A stretch of 36,005 nt of DNA, taken from the IMG/VR virus record IMGVR_UViG_3300049058_000014, positions 1-36,005 of that record. One strand, written 5' to 3'. Position 1 is the stretch's first letter; every line of letters begins with the position of its first letter. The notes under the pieces were generated by a model. The model was not told the origin of the DNA. It did no database searches and worked only from the letters and a program-made list of their open reading frames with translations. Of this stretch, positions 24,003-32,063 are shown piece after piece. Both the position numbers and the translations under genes were made by a program. This DNA comes from a virus. Taxonomy: Duplodnaviria > Caudoviricetes.

Positions 24003-25538
24003 TTAACTCTTTTGGGAGTCTAACACTCCACGATCAGCCTTCTCACCAGTTTTGAGTAGAGGTGTGACTTCAAAGCCTACACGGCGCAGCTGAGTCTCCG
24101 CTGAAGTTGAGTCATGCAGGAACTGTATCTTCACATTTACCCACTCCACGAACACTGGCGCTATCCTGTAAGTTAACTCTACATGGTCATCACCTACAGC
24201 GCCGCCCTTGAGCCAGAACCACTGTGGATACTTAAATGTATCCTCGTAGTCACATGCTACACTGACTTTGATTCTAGCGGCCTTGTTCTTCTTACATACG
24301 ATTCTAAGCCCATGCAGCCATCCCTCCTCAGCGATTTGCTGCCACCCAGAGGTCCAGTATCGGCTAATCGCAGTCCCATCATCATCCGTTGCAGTGCCGT
24401 CAAACTCCTCCACAAGTGTAGTAGTTGACACCAATTTCTTCTCGGCAGCTTGATCTGTAGATTTGTAACTTGTACAAGCAATAATCGACGGGCCAAGGTT
24501 ACCTTTAACCCACTCCTTGGTCCTGTAGTTATATTCGACGTAGGAGTCAAGGAGTTGGTTGGACAGTCCAGTTCGGTCGTAAAATAGAACATAAGAGTCC
24601 GCCTTTGAGTCGATTAGACCACGGGCATACTTTAGTTTACTGAGACTGGCAGTATTAGGGATAGTCTCAAATAACGACTCATAGCTAATAGCCTGGGCAC
24701 CCTGCTCAGTTATCATGTAGATGATACCATCGTTGCCTAGGTAGAATCCCATAGCGTTGTCGGTAGTTCCAGCGGCGCTCAGCGGAGCCACAATACCTTC
24801 AGCTCCTGGGATGAGTTCCTGATTGAAGATGGTATTCCCACCTACCCATCTGATCCGTACAGCGCCATCTGACTTCAAAGCAGCTAAGGACTTACCTGTA
24901 AGGATAGCGCTTAGCCAAGCTCCAGGAGTCTCATCTAGCGTGATTTCATTGCCTTCGCAGGCGGCCCAGTCAGTGTCCCAATCGTCACTAAAGCGTCCGA
25001 TTCTATGTCCATCCACAACATCTGTGAAGGTTCCATCATCTGAGACGTTGAAAATAAACAAGTAGCCAAAGTATGATGCGAGGCCTTTACCCCATGGACT
25101 AAGGCTAGATGCAATTGGAGCTGAATTACCGCTTGCGCTAAACTTTCTTGGGAGATCTTCGCCTTCATTTGTGAACACCAGTGTTGGAACTCCAGTTGAG
25201 CCATCTATAACAGTGTATTGAGGCCTAGTAGTAACAGCACCAGTGAGAGCAGTACCAGTAACGTCGGCCCAAACACCTCCAGTAAAGTGCTCCAGCGCGG
25301 TCGGAAGCATCCTAACAAGTTCATGAGTCCCATCAGATTGTTTATAGTTAAAGAGACCAATAATAGCAGCAGAAGCTGCAGTGCTAATACTCTCATACTT
25401 GGTCATACCTCCGCGGCCTATAATCCGCCCAAACCTGCAATGGACGTTTAGGAGATCGCTAGTAAGCTTAGGGTTATCGCCAGGGTTAACTATATCAGAA
25501 TAACCTACAAAGCGATCTACCCAAGTGGTTTTTCTCAT
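24003..25538 (-). CDS. tail nozzle / packaged-DNA stabilisation protein (P22 gp10 / T7 gp12-like)
   Basis: 511-aa beta-rich protein; GRGG near the N-terminus, YWTSGW near the C-terminus; follows the adaptor. Confidence 0.75.
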   Translation of the reverse strand: MRKTTWVDRFVGYSDIVNPGDNPKLTSDLLNVHCRFGRIIGRGGMTKYESISTAASAAIIGLFNYKQSDGTHELVRMLPTALEHFTGGVWADVTGTALTGAVTTRPQYTVIDGSTGVPTLVFTNEGEDLPRKFSASGNSAPIASSLSPWGKGLASYFGYLFIFNVSDDGTFTDVVDGHRIGRFSDDWDTDWAACEGNEITLDETPGAWLSAILTGKSLAALKSDGAVRIRWVGGNTIFNQELIPGAEGIVAPLSAAGTTDNAMGFYLGNDGIIYMITEQGAQAISYESLFETIPNTASLSKLKYARGLIDSKADSYVLFYDRTGLSNQLLDSYVEYNYRTKEWVKGNLGPSIIACTSYKSTDQAAEKKLVSTTTLVEEFDGTATDDDGTAISRYWTSGWQQIAEEGWLHGLRIVCKKNKAARIKVSVACDYEDTFKYPQWFWLKGGAVGDDHVELTYRIAPVFVEWVNVKIQFLHDSTSAETQLRRVGFEVTPLLKTGEKADRGVLDSQKS

Positions 25539-25551
25539 GCTGCGATATTCC

Positions 25552-25866
25552 TTATAGCGTTCCTAGTTGCTTATCGCGGACTCTGACTTCCACCAATCTA
25601 CAAGCATCCCGGCTGGTAGTAGTGCCACGCCCAAGGAATGTGTATAAGTAGTCCTCACCATCCTCGCCACCCTGCACGACACACCGTAGTTTCATTCCAG
25701 ATTGGCTAACAGTTCCTACGACTGCGGATGCCGCATCGCCATCACTATCAACAGCAGATACTGCACTACCTGAAGAAATGCTAGTATCATCAGGGAGATC
25801 TTCAGTGAAGTCCACTTCGTGGAGGAACTCCACACTAGAATGTTTTTCAATAACTTCATGGGCCAT
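25552..25866 (-). CDS. small acidic beta-sandwich virion protein
   Basis: VDFTEDL...VQGGEDGEDY motif in the tail module. Confidence 0.65.
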   Translation of the reverse strand: MAHEVIEKHSSVEFLHEVDFTEDLPDDTSISSGSAVSAVDSDGDAASAVVGTVSQSGMKLRCVVQGGEDGEDYLYTFLGRGTTTSRDACRLVEVRVRDKQLGTL

Positions 25867-25869
25867 CAG

Positions 25870-26034
25870 TTATCCCTCACACACATCTGGCACTAGGCGT
25901 TTAGCACACCAAGGGCAATATTTGATTAGAGTACCACGCACATCTCCATTTTTGTCATCGTAGTAGTACAAGCCTTCAATTTTGACTATCAATTGGAGTG
26001 CTAAGTCACAGCATCCATGAACTGCATAGCTCAT
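25870..26034 (-). CDS. 54-aa Cys-motif protein (absent from ORF track)
   Basis: MSYAVHGCCDL...IKYCPWCAKRL; ATGA overlap with the adaptor stop; fills the gap. Confidence 0.65.
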   Translation of the reverse strand: MSYAVHGCCDLALQLIVKIEGLYYYDDKNGDVRGTLIKYCPWCAKRLVPDVCEG

Positions 26035-26741
26035 CTGTAAATTTGCATACGGTCTAAACGCCTACGACCACGCTGACCAGGCCCCATGTGCGGCTCTAGA
26101 TTTACTTTGTCCTTCCAACCACGCTTGAAGTTCTCTCGTCGCATCTTGAATAGTTCACCACCCTTACCTTCAAGCAAACTACGCCAGTAAGTAGCACCTT
26201 GTGGATCTTTGAGGTAAACCTCATGAATCCACTTGTAAGCTGAATAGACTAGCGCCATTGGAAAGTGAGCAGTCAACTCATCAGACTCTAGGTTGGTGGT
26301 ATTGCTAGTGTATTCCCAATAGTAGATCCTAACATCGTACTCATCATCTGGAATTGGGTAGAGGATTAGGTTATCACCCTCAACTATGGCTAGCTCAGGA
26401 TCGCCAGTCTCATCCTCGTCGTACATACCATCTAGGTCTTCCTTGGTGTGAGTACCCACATCAACAGGCTGCCAATCAACCTCAGTTTCTTCCTTGAACT
26501 TCAACGCCCTGATATCCTTGAAGTTGGTGATCTCCAGGCCATTGGTAGTATCAACCTTGAGTGGGTACGCTGCCTGATCCACTACAGTTAGCCAGTCCAA
26601 ATCAGCCTGCATCCACCAGAAGTTCTGGAACTTCTCAATATCAAGGCGAGCATTCTCTAGACACAAGTCTAGCATGGTGGTAGGGAGGCCAGTTTTGCCG
26701 GCGTACTCCCGAATGATGTCTTTTACTTGATGAAGTAGCAT
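26031..26741 (-). CDS. head-to-tail adaptor protein
   Basis: NFWWM, LILYPIPDDEY motifs; position before the nozzle. Confidence 0.75.
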   Translation of the reverse strand: MLLHQVKDIIREYAGKTGLPTTMLDLCLENARLDIEKFQNFWWMQADLDWLTVVDQAAYPLKVDTTNGLEITNFKDIRALKFKEETEVDWQPVDVGTHTKEDLDGMYDEDETGDPELAIVEGDNLILYPIPDDEYDVRIYYWEYTSNTTNLESDELTAHFPMALVYSAYKWIHEVYLKDPQGATYWRSLLEGKGGELFKMRRENFKRGWKDKVNLEPHMGPGQRGRRRLDRMQIYR

Positions 26742-27097
26742 TAAAACACTCCAAACATCTTGAGCAAGGTAGTCATTAATAGTATAAAGTTTAGGAAGCC
26801 AAATATACCACCTGCTGCCCAGATGATCCTATTGAGTTTACCGAATCGAGTGTCATCATCTTTACTATGACTATCCATAGCATGACTTAGGTCATCACGC
26901 GCCTGAACGACGGCTGCCTGACTGACAGAGAATTTCTTCTCCAGTTCGTCAGACAACCGCCGCAGTTCCACGTTGACGCCATTGACAGTTAACAACATAC
27001 TAGATTGAACACCTTGCAGCTTGCCAATTTCTAGGATGAGGAACGGCCCTACTGCAGGTAACACAGGCGATTCAAGTGGATTCATGCCGTCAGTCAT
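26741..27097 (-). CDS. coiled-coil protein with C-terminal transmembrane helix (holin/hemolysin-like candidate)
   Basis: IIWAAGGIFGFLNFILLMTTLL hydrophobic tail. Confidence 0.55.
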   Translation of the reverse strand: MTDGMNPLESPVLPAVGPFLILEIGKLQGVQSSMLLTVNGVNVELRRLSDELEKKFSVSQAAVVQARDDLSHAMDSHSKDDDTRFGKLNRIIWAAGGIFGFLNFILLMTTLLKMFGVF

Positions 27098-27101
27098 CTC
27101 C

Positions 27102-27452
27102 TTATGGAGCCTCCTTGATTACTACATCGAAGGTTAGATCGTTGCCTGCACCGGCTGAAGCGACCGCGATTCGATAGAATAGGTAACCAAGGTCGGCTAC
27201 CGCCACTGACTTTATACCGACTGCTGAGTGAGATACCGCGGTAGGTAAGGCAACGAACGTAGAGTTATCATTGCTCCCTTGTATCGCTACAGTTCCAGCA
27301 GCGATAGTTCCGCGGAGTTGAGTGGACATTGCGAGGAGAGGTCTAGTCGCCTCAAAGTCTACGTTGCCATCATTAGCGCCGCTTTGCGTATAGCGCAAAC
27401 GACGCACTCGCTGACCATATCGCTGAGTTGATGATAGTGCTATTGCTGCCAT
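27102..27452 (-). CDS. small beta-sandwich structural protein
   Basis: VAIQGSNDNSTF...FYRIAV motif; SD AAGGAG. Confidence 0.65.
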   Translation of the reverse strand: MAAIALSSTQRYGQRVRRLRYTQSGANDGNVDFEATRPLLAMSTQLRGTIAAGTVAIQGSNDNSTFVALPTAVSHSAVGIKSVAVADLGYLFYRIAVASAGAGNDLTFDVVIKEAP

Positions 27453-27469
27453 CTGTTAGTTACTCCTTC

Positions 27470-27973
27470 CTACCAACCCACTGCTTCGCACACTAGGCTT
27501 TGTGCGGCAGGTGCATGTTCAGTAGCTAGAAGTTCCTTCAAGTTACCGAAATAGACAACACCAGCAGCAGTAGTATTGCCTAAGCCAAGTGAAACAACGC
27601 CATTACCAGGTTGGCGAGCAGCAGCTGCAAGAGGATCAGCAGTACCATCCAGCGGGTAGTCATCGAGTGTAGCAGCACCGGCAGCCTCAATAACGGCACC
27701 AGGAATATAACCACGGAACTTCTTGTTGGTGTAGTCCCACTTCCAATGGATACCAGTTGCACAACTGCCATCAACAATGACTAAATACTCGATCTCACGG
27801 CGCATCCCAAAGGATGGGAAGGTAGGTATCGGCACTCCACCAGAGGGGTAAGTGAGTGTAGCATTACCAAATGCAATGCGGACTAGATTACGTTGGAGGG
27901 CTCCAGGCGAGCCTTTGACGAGCCTGTTCTTGAGAATAGTGATAGTTAAATCACTGCTTGCGATATCTGCCAT
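27470..27973 (-). CDS. virion structural/decoration protein
   Basis: TYPSGGVP...WDYTNKKF...EAVGW pattern; head module. Confidence 0.65.
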   Translation of the reverse strand: MADIASSDLTITILKNRLVKGSPGALQRNLVRIAFGNATLTYPSGGVPIPTFPSFGMRREIEYLVIVDGSCATGIHWKWDYTNKKFRGYIPGAVIEAAGAATLDDYPLDGTADPLAAAARQPGNGVVSLGLGNTTAAGVVYFGNLKELLATEHAPAAQSLVCEAVGW

Positions 27974-28030
27974 GTTTTGAGTTCCTCTAGGGCGTCCCCT
28001 ATGTTAAAATGCAGTTAATTTAGCTGATAA

Positions 28031-28741
28031 TTATTCCCTGATTCTACGTTTATCTCCTTCCTCATCTAAAGGTGGTAATGGCCGCTCCAAGTGTGGCCCT
28101 GCTGAGGGTGGCCGCTTGTGTGTCGGAATAGGTGTATCCATGTCTAATTCAACGGACTTTATGTGTTTAAGGCTGAGTCCAAACACCCTAGGCTCGATCC
28201 ACGGGTTGTCCCAGAAGAAGTTAAGATCTTCACCACCGAAGGCTCCGTCCTCGTGGAACTTGTAGTCCAAGGGCAGCCATCCATAGTAGAAGCCGAGCCC
28301 TGCGTTGGCGACTCGGTCCCAGGGGCGTAACTGACGGGTTTCTTCGACTGTATATAGAGAGCCGTTTTCGTGAGCCAGTGCAACATAACCATCCCTCACT
28401 CTGTACGGTGCTACGAAGTTCCAACCGTACTGGTCTGCTACAGTGATAGCTTGGATAAGGCCTAGTTGATCCTTAATCAAGATATCATCATCAATTAGTA
28501 TGCCGCGAATGCGATCTGTGTTAAATTCCTTTTTTAGTTCCTTGAATACGCCTGCTCTTACGAAGGCATAGCCATGAGCTGCAAACTGCACATAGACAGG
28601 TTCTCTACCCATTGCATTTAGGGCATTCCATATGGTTGCTATGGAATAGGCTACTGCGCCTTGACTGTCTCGAGTGGCGCAGATTACAGGAACAACTATT
28701 TTCTCCTTAGGGGGTGCTGAGGATTCCATTTGTCCTTTCAT
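28031..28741 (-). CDS. GT-A fold (GT2-like) glycosyltransferase
   Basis: ILIDDDIL (DxD), AGLGF, GGEDLNFF, LKHI motifs. Confidence 0.75.
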   Translation of the reverse strand: MKGQMESSAPPKEKIVVPVICATRDSQGAVAYSIATIWNALNAMGREPVYVQFAAHGYAFVRAGVFKELKKEFNTDRIRGILIDDDILIKDQLGLIQAITVADQYGWNFVAPYRVRDGYVALAHENGSLYTVEETRQLRPWDRVANAGLGFYYGWLPLDYKFHEDGAFGGEDLNFFWDNPWIEPRVFGLSLKHIKSVELDMDTPIPTHKRPPSAGPHLERPLPPLDEEGDKRRIRE

Positions 28742-28745
28742 TTGG

Positions 28746-28778
28746 GAGGTGGGCTAGTTGGCAGTCCTAGCCCATCTC
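28746..28778 (-). terminator. 12-bp stem-loop after the capsid/decoration genes
   Basis: GAGGTGGGCTAG (28746-28757) / CTAGCCCATCTC (28767-28778); no U-tract. Confidence 0.45.
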
Positions 28779-28802
28779 GGGTTACGCAGGGCCTAGCTGC
28801 AA

Positions 28803-29324
28803 TTAGGCGTTAATCGTCAGTGGACCTTCGTTGTACACTACGGTAGACCGATAACCTTTACCGGCCGCCCGAGCGATAACAAAGGGCACGAGATCGCCAG
28901 TTGCAGAGCCTGCAGTAGTCATTCCACGCAGCCTAATGATCGACCCAGCAGGGAATACGTGCGCGCCTGTCATACGCTTCATAACAATAAGCCCAGCCGT
29001 GAAGGCAAGGGTAGTAGCCGCAGCTACGGTTCCGCCGTAGTCGTGGACTCCATCACCTGCATACAGGTTGTTACTGTTATTACACGTTTTCAGTACTTCA
29101 AGCACTTCTTCCACACCCGCAATCACTCGGCACAGGGCATAGCCCGATGCTGTAGTGATCGTATTACCAAGGGCCACCGCTACAAGTAAACCAAAGTCCA
29201 CCACGTCCATATTTACTGGAGCGACGTACTCTACCAGACCTGTAGAAGTAGCTTCCTCGGCAATTGAGTTAGCTGCTGTGGTCAGAGGATTAGGGATCAT
29301 GAACACATTATCTTGAAAACCCAT
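28803..29324 (-). CDS. capsid decoration/cement protein
   Basis: A/G/T-rich 173 aa directly after the MCP; AGGAG SD. Confidence 0.6.
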   Translation of the reverse strand: MGFQDNVFMIPNPLTTAANSIAEEATSTGLVEYVAPVNMDVVDFGLLVAVALGNTITTASGYALCRVIAGVEEVLEVLKTCNNSNNLYAGDGVHDYGGTVAAATTLAFTAGLIVMKRMTGAHVFPAGSIIRLRGMTTAGSATGDLVPFVIARAAGKGYRSTVVYNEGPLTINA

Positions 29325-29353
29325 GATAGTACTCCTGTTCCTTTCCTCTTACT

Positions 29354-30322
29354 TTAAGAGCTAGTGAAACGGATGATGTGTTCTTCGCCATCCGTCGAGT
29401 AGTCCCAGGGCTTTTTGAACCCAAGGATTGCGTACCAAGCCAGACCTTTATCGCGGCCGTACTTAACCGCAAGCTTGTATCGCAGCTCTTCCTTTAGTGC
29501 AACGCCTTCAATGACTGAATCGTCACCGATGAGGAGGGCCTCACCAATGTCGTTAGAACCCTTGTTGTTATCCAAGGAGTCATTGTCATCAGTTACGATG
29601 ATACGGCAGTTGTACACGATTTCAGACATGATCTCGCCGTTGAACAACTTACGAGGGTAAGTGAACTTCGCGGCTTCCTGGAACTCAGGATCATCGAACA
29701 GACCACGCTGAGCACGAATTGAGAGGATCAAAGCATAGTTCCCATCCGGCATCGGAGGGATGATCTTCCCAGTGTTCGACCCGAATAGACCCATACGGGC
29801 TGCATCAACCATTTCCTTAAGATGGAAGTAGTTGAACTGTGCAGTCCCGGCAGTGGAAGGAGTACCGTCCACGTCCCAGACTCCGACAGCAGCACCAGTG
29901 GGAATATAGCACAGGTCGCTAGTTTTCATCATAGCCGAGACGGCGTGATCTAACACGGCCTTCTCGTCGTTCATGATGACCTTTTGAACTGGCTGGTTAG
30001 GGTTAAACTCACTGAGTGTTTCGAGCTTGCCAGTCCAAGGGATGCTATTCCCCCACTCAGTTACCCGTAGGTTATCTTTAGTGATCGAGAACTTAGTTTC
30101 AGGAATATCCTGGAACTCCCCGATCTCCCCACCTGCAGTCACCGCCATCGTTACTTTGTCGAAGTCAATGCTTTCGCCTCGACCCTTGCCATAACCTGGC
30201 TCAGGACGAGTAAACTGACGAAAGATGTACTTCGCCGTATTGACGTAACGAAGCTTAGAACTCAGGCGAGGGTTAGCAAAATGACCACCGTCACTAGCGA
30301 TGGTCCAATTTTGACCTGCCAT
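29354..30322 (-). CDS. major capsid protein (HK97 fold)
   Basis: GKGRGESIDF, VTEWGNSI, KYGRDKGLAWYAILGF motifs; follows the scaffold. Confidence 0.9.
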   Translation of the reverse strand: MAGQNWTIASDGGHFANPRLSSKLRYVNTAKYIFRQFTRPEPGYGKGRGESIDFDKVTMAVTAGGEIGEFQDIPETKFSITKDNLRVTEWGNSIPWTGKLETLSEFNPNQPVQKVIMNDEKAVLDHAVSAMMKTSDLCYIPTGAAVGVWDVDGTPSTAGTAQFNYFHLKEMVDAARMGLFGSNTGKIIPPMPDGNYALILSIRAQRGLFDDPEFQEAAKFTYPRKLFNGEIMSEIVYNCRIIVTDDNDSLDNNKGSNDIGEALLIGDDSVIEGVALKEELRYKLAVKYGRDKGLAWYAILGFKKPWDYSTDGEEHIIRFTSS

Positions 30323-30375
30323 AGTTTTCTCTAGCTCCTAAAGACTAGTTTAACTTACGAGGGTCCTAGTCCTTA

Positions 30376-31218
30376 CTAGGACTTAATTCCAAAGCTAGCG
30401 TTGATGTTCGCATTGCGCTCTTTGATATAATCTAGTAGCTCTTGCTCTTCAGCACCTACTTGGTTAGCAGGATTGAACCCGCCACCTGTAGGTGAGCCAT
30501 CTGGATTAGTACCAGGTGCGCTATACGAAGGCCCTCCGCTAGTAGGAGGTTCTACGTAAGTCCCTGCCCCAGGCACCGTGTTAGGCACACCATTCGGCCC
30601 AGCTCTTACACTGGTAAGATACTGTCGCGCTAGTTTACCGGCCTGTTCTAGACGTTCACCGACTGTGCGGAATTGACGAGGGTCTAAGTCCCGCATGAAT
30701 GTCTGAACCACACGCTCGTGAGGTGCCAAGTCTGAATTTCTGGACTTGAACTCTTGGACTGCCATTGCATTAGCAACTACGTTTCCGACTAGATCGCCTA
30801 CCTTACTCAAGATACGCTCTTCACGTTGTTGAAGAACCTGATGTGGGTTCGACAAGAACTGTGCTGCGTCTACTTGATCTGGGTCTACACGACGACCATA
30901 GTCATCTCCGCGTCCTGTTCCGCCCGATCCGACTGGGACTCCGCCACTTGCACCCTGACCGCGGTCGCGAGGATCAGGGGTTGTGAGAGCTGCTTCCATC
31001 ACACGAGTTAAAGCACCTACTTGCTCGCTCAGTTGATGGTAGCCACGCTCAAGTCCTCCATAACCATGCTCTACAGCTTCTTCCACTGTTTTGAACTTGC
31101 CTGCAATGAGCCTTGGAGGCGCACCAGGGTTAGGATTGTTAGGGTTGTTTCCGGTTCCGTCATCCTGAGGCTCCGAACCAGGGGGAGTTGTCCCAGGGGT
31201 GAAAATTGGGTCGGCCAT
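30376..31218 (-). CDS. capsid scaffolding protein
   Basis: AGKFKTVEE..GY..LE motif, P/G-rich linkers; directly upstream of the MCP. Confidence 0.75.
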   Translation of the reverse strand: MADPIFTPGTTPPGSEPQDDGTGNNPNNPNPGAPPRLIAGKFKTVEEAVEHGYGGLERGYHQLSEQVGALTRVMEAALTTPDPRDRGQGASGGVPVGSGGTGRGDDYGRRVDPDQVDAAQFLSNPHQVLQQREERILSKVGDLVGNVVANAMAVQEFKSRNSDLAPHERVVQTFMRDLDPRQFRTVGERLEQAGKLARQYLTSVRAGPNGVPNTVPGAGTYVEPPTSGGPSYSAPGTNPDGSPTGGGFNPANQVGAEEQELLDYIKERNANINASFGIKS

Positions 31219-31249
31219 TTCTAGCTCCTTTTTACCCTTGTGTTACTGA

Positions 31250-31546
31250 CTAGACCCGAGGGGGCCAAAGCCACTGACCTTGTTCTGGACCATGCGCAAT
31301 GCCTTGCACTGGATAAGGGACTTGGTTCTTAAAGAAGACGGTTAGGTCTACTGTATTCCAGTCCTCACTCACACCAGTGATTATAGCCGGCGCAGTACTG
31401 TTTTCCTCACTGTAGAGATCATGTCTAAAAAAGACAATCCTTCCCAGTGTAGGCTGCTGTACAGGGTTTGTATCTACAAGCTGTCCGGAATCCGGACGGG
31501 CGCCATCCGGCGGACTATCTTGAGCTTGAGCTTGCTCGGCTGCCAT
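31250..31546 (-). CDS. hypothetical phage protein
   Basis: PTLGRIVFF...PAIIT...VDLTVF...WLWPPRV motif. Confidence 0.7.
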   Translation of the reverse strand: MAAEQAQAQDSPPDGARPDSGQLVDTNPVQQPTLGRIVFFRHDLYSEENSTAPAIITGVSEDWNTVDLTVFFKNQVPYPVQGIAHGPEQGQWLWPPRV

Positions 31547-31847
31547 TATTCTCTCCTTTCCTTTCTATTCCTGCCACGATATTATTGAGGGCATCCGACG
31601 CATTCTGGCCCTTGTTCTTGAAGGCAATAAACTCTTTTCTGATACGCCACACTTCCCCAAGTTGTGCCTTGATGTCTAGAATGGGTCCTAGCTCAGGTGG
31701 ACATTGCTGAAGCTTGTCCAGAAGTTGTGCTAAGCGACGGTCCATTATAGGCTCCAAGGCTGTTACTACCACACTTGCACTGACGCCTAGCTCAGCCATC
31801 TGGCTTAGGTCATCAATCACCTTGAATTTAGAGTCACCGATAGGCAC
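31515..31847 (-). CDS. hypothetical helical protein downstream of the portal
   Basis: 110 aa between portal and scaffold. Confidence 0.65.
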   Translation of the reverse strand: MPIGDSKFKVIDDLSQMAELGVSASVVVTALEPIMDRRLAQLLDKLQQCPPELGPILDIKAQLGEVWRIRKEFIAFKNKGQNASDALNNIVAGIERKGENNGSRASSSSR

Positions 31848-31849
31848 AA

Positions 31850-31948
31850 CTATTTCCCTTTCTTGTAGCCCTGAAGTAGGCTAGTTTTGGCGCCTTTCGG
31901 CACGTTGACTGGTTTGCCACCACCTTTAGATTTACTTGCTTTTGCCAC
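31850..31948 (-). CDS. 32-aa Lys/Gly-rich peptide (absent from ORF track)
   Basis: GTG start with AAGGAAGGAG SD; MAKASKSKGGGKPVNVPKGAKTSLLQGYKKGK. Confidence 0.6.
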   Translation of the reverse strand: MAKASKSKGGGKPVNVPKGAKTSLLQGYKKGK

Positions 31949-32063
31949 TTGCTGTGCTCCTTCCTTTATGATAAGTTATTGACATATCCTTGCGACGTCT
32001 GGGAGAGCACATTGTATTATAGTGCACCTTCCTACGTCGTGCTCGACGAACGATCCTCATTGC

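Noticed and set aside
30330-31229. Identical AGGAGCTAGA upstream of the scaffold and capsid genes as a promoter motif
   Set aside because: Mostly explained by the Shine-Dalgarno sequence plus the general CTAG richness.
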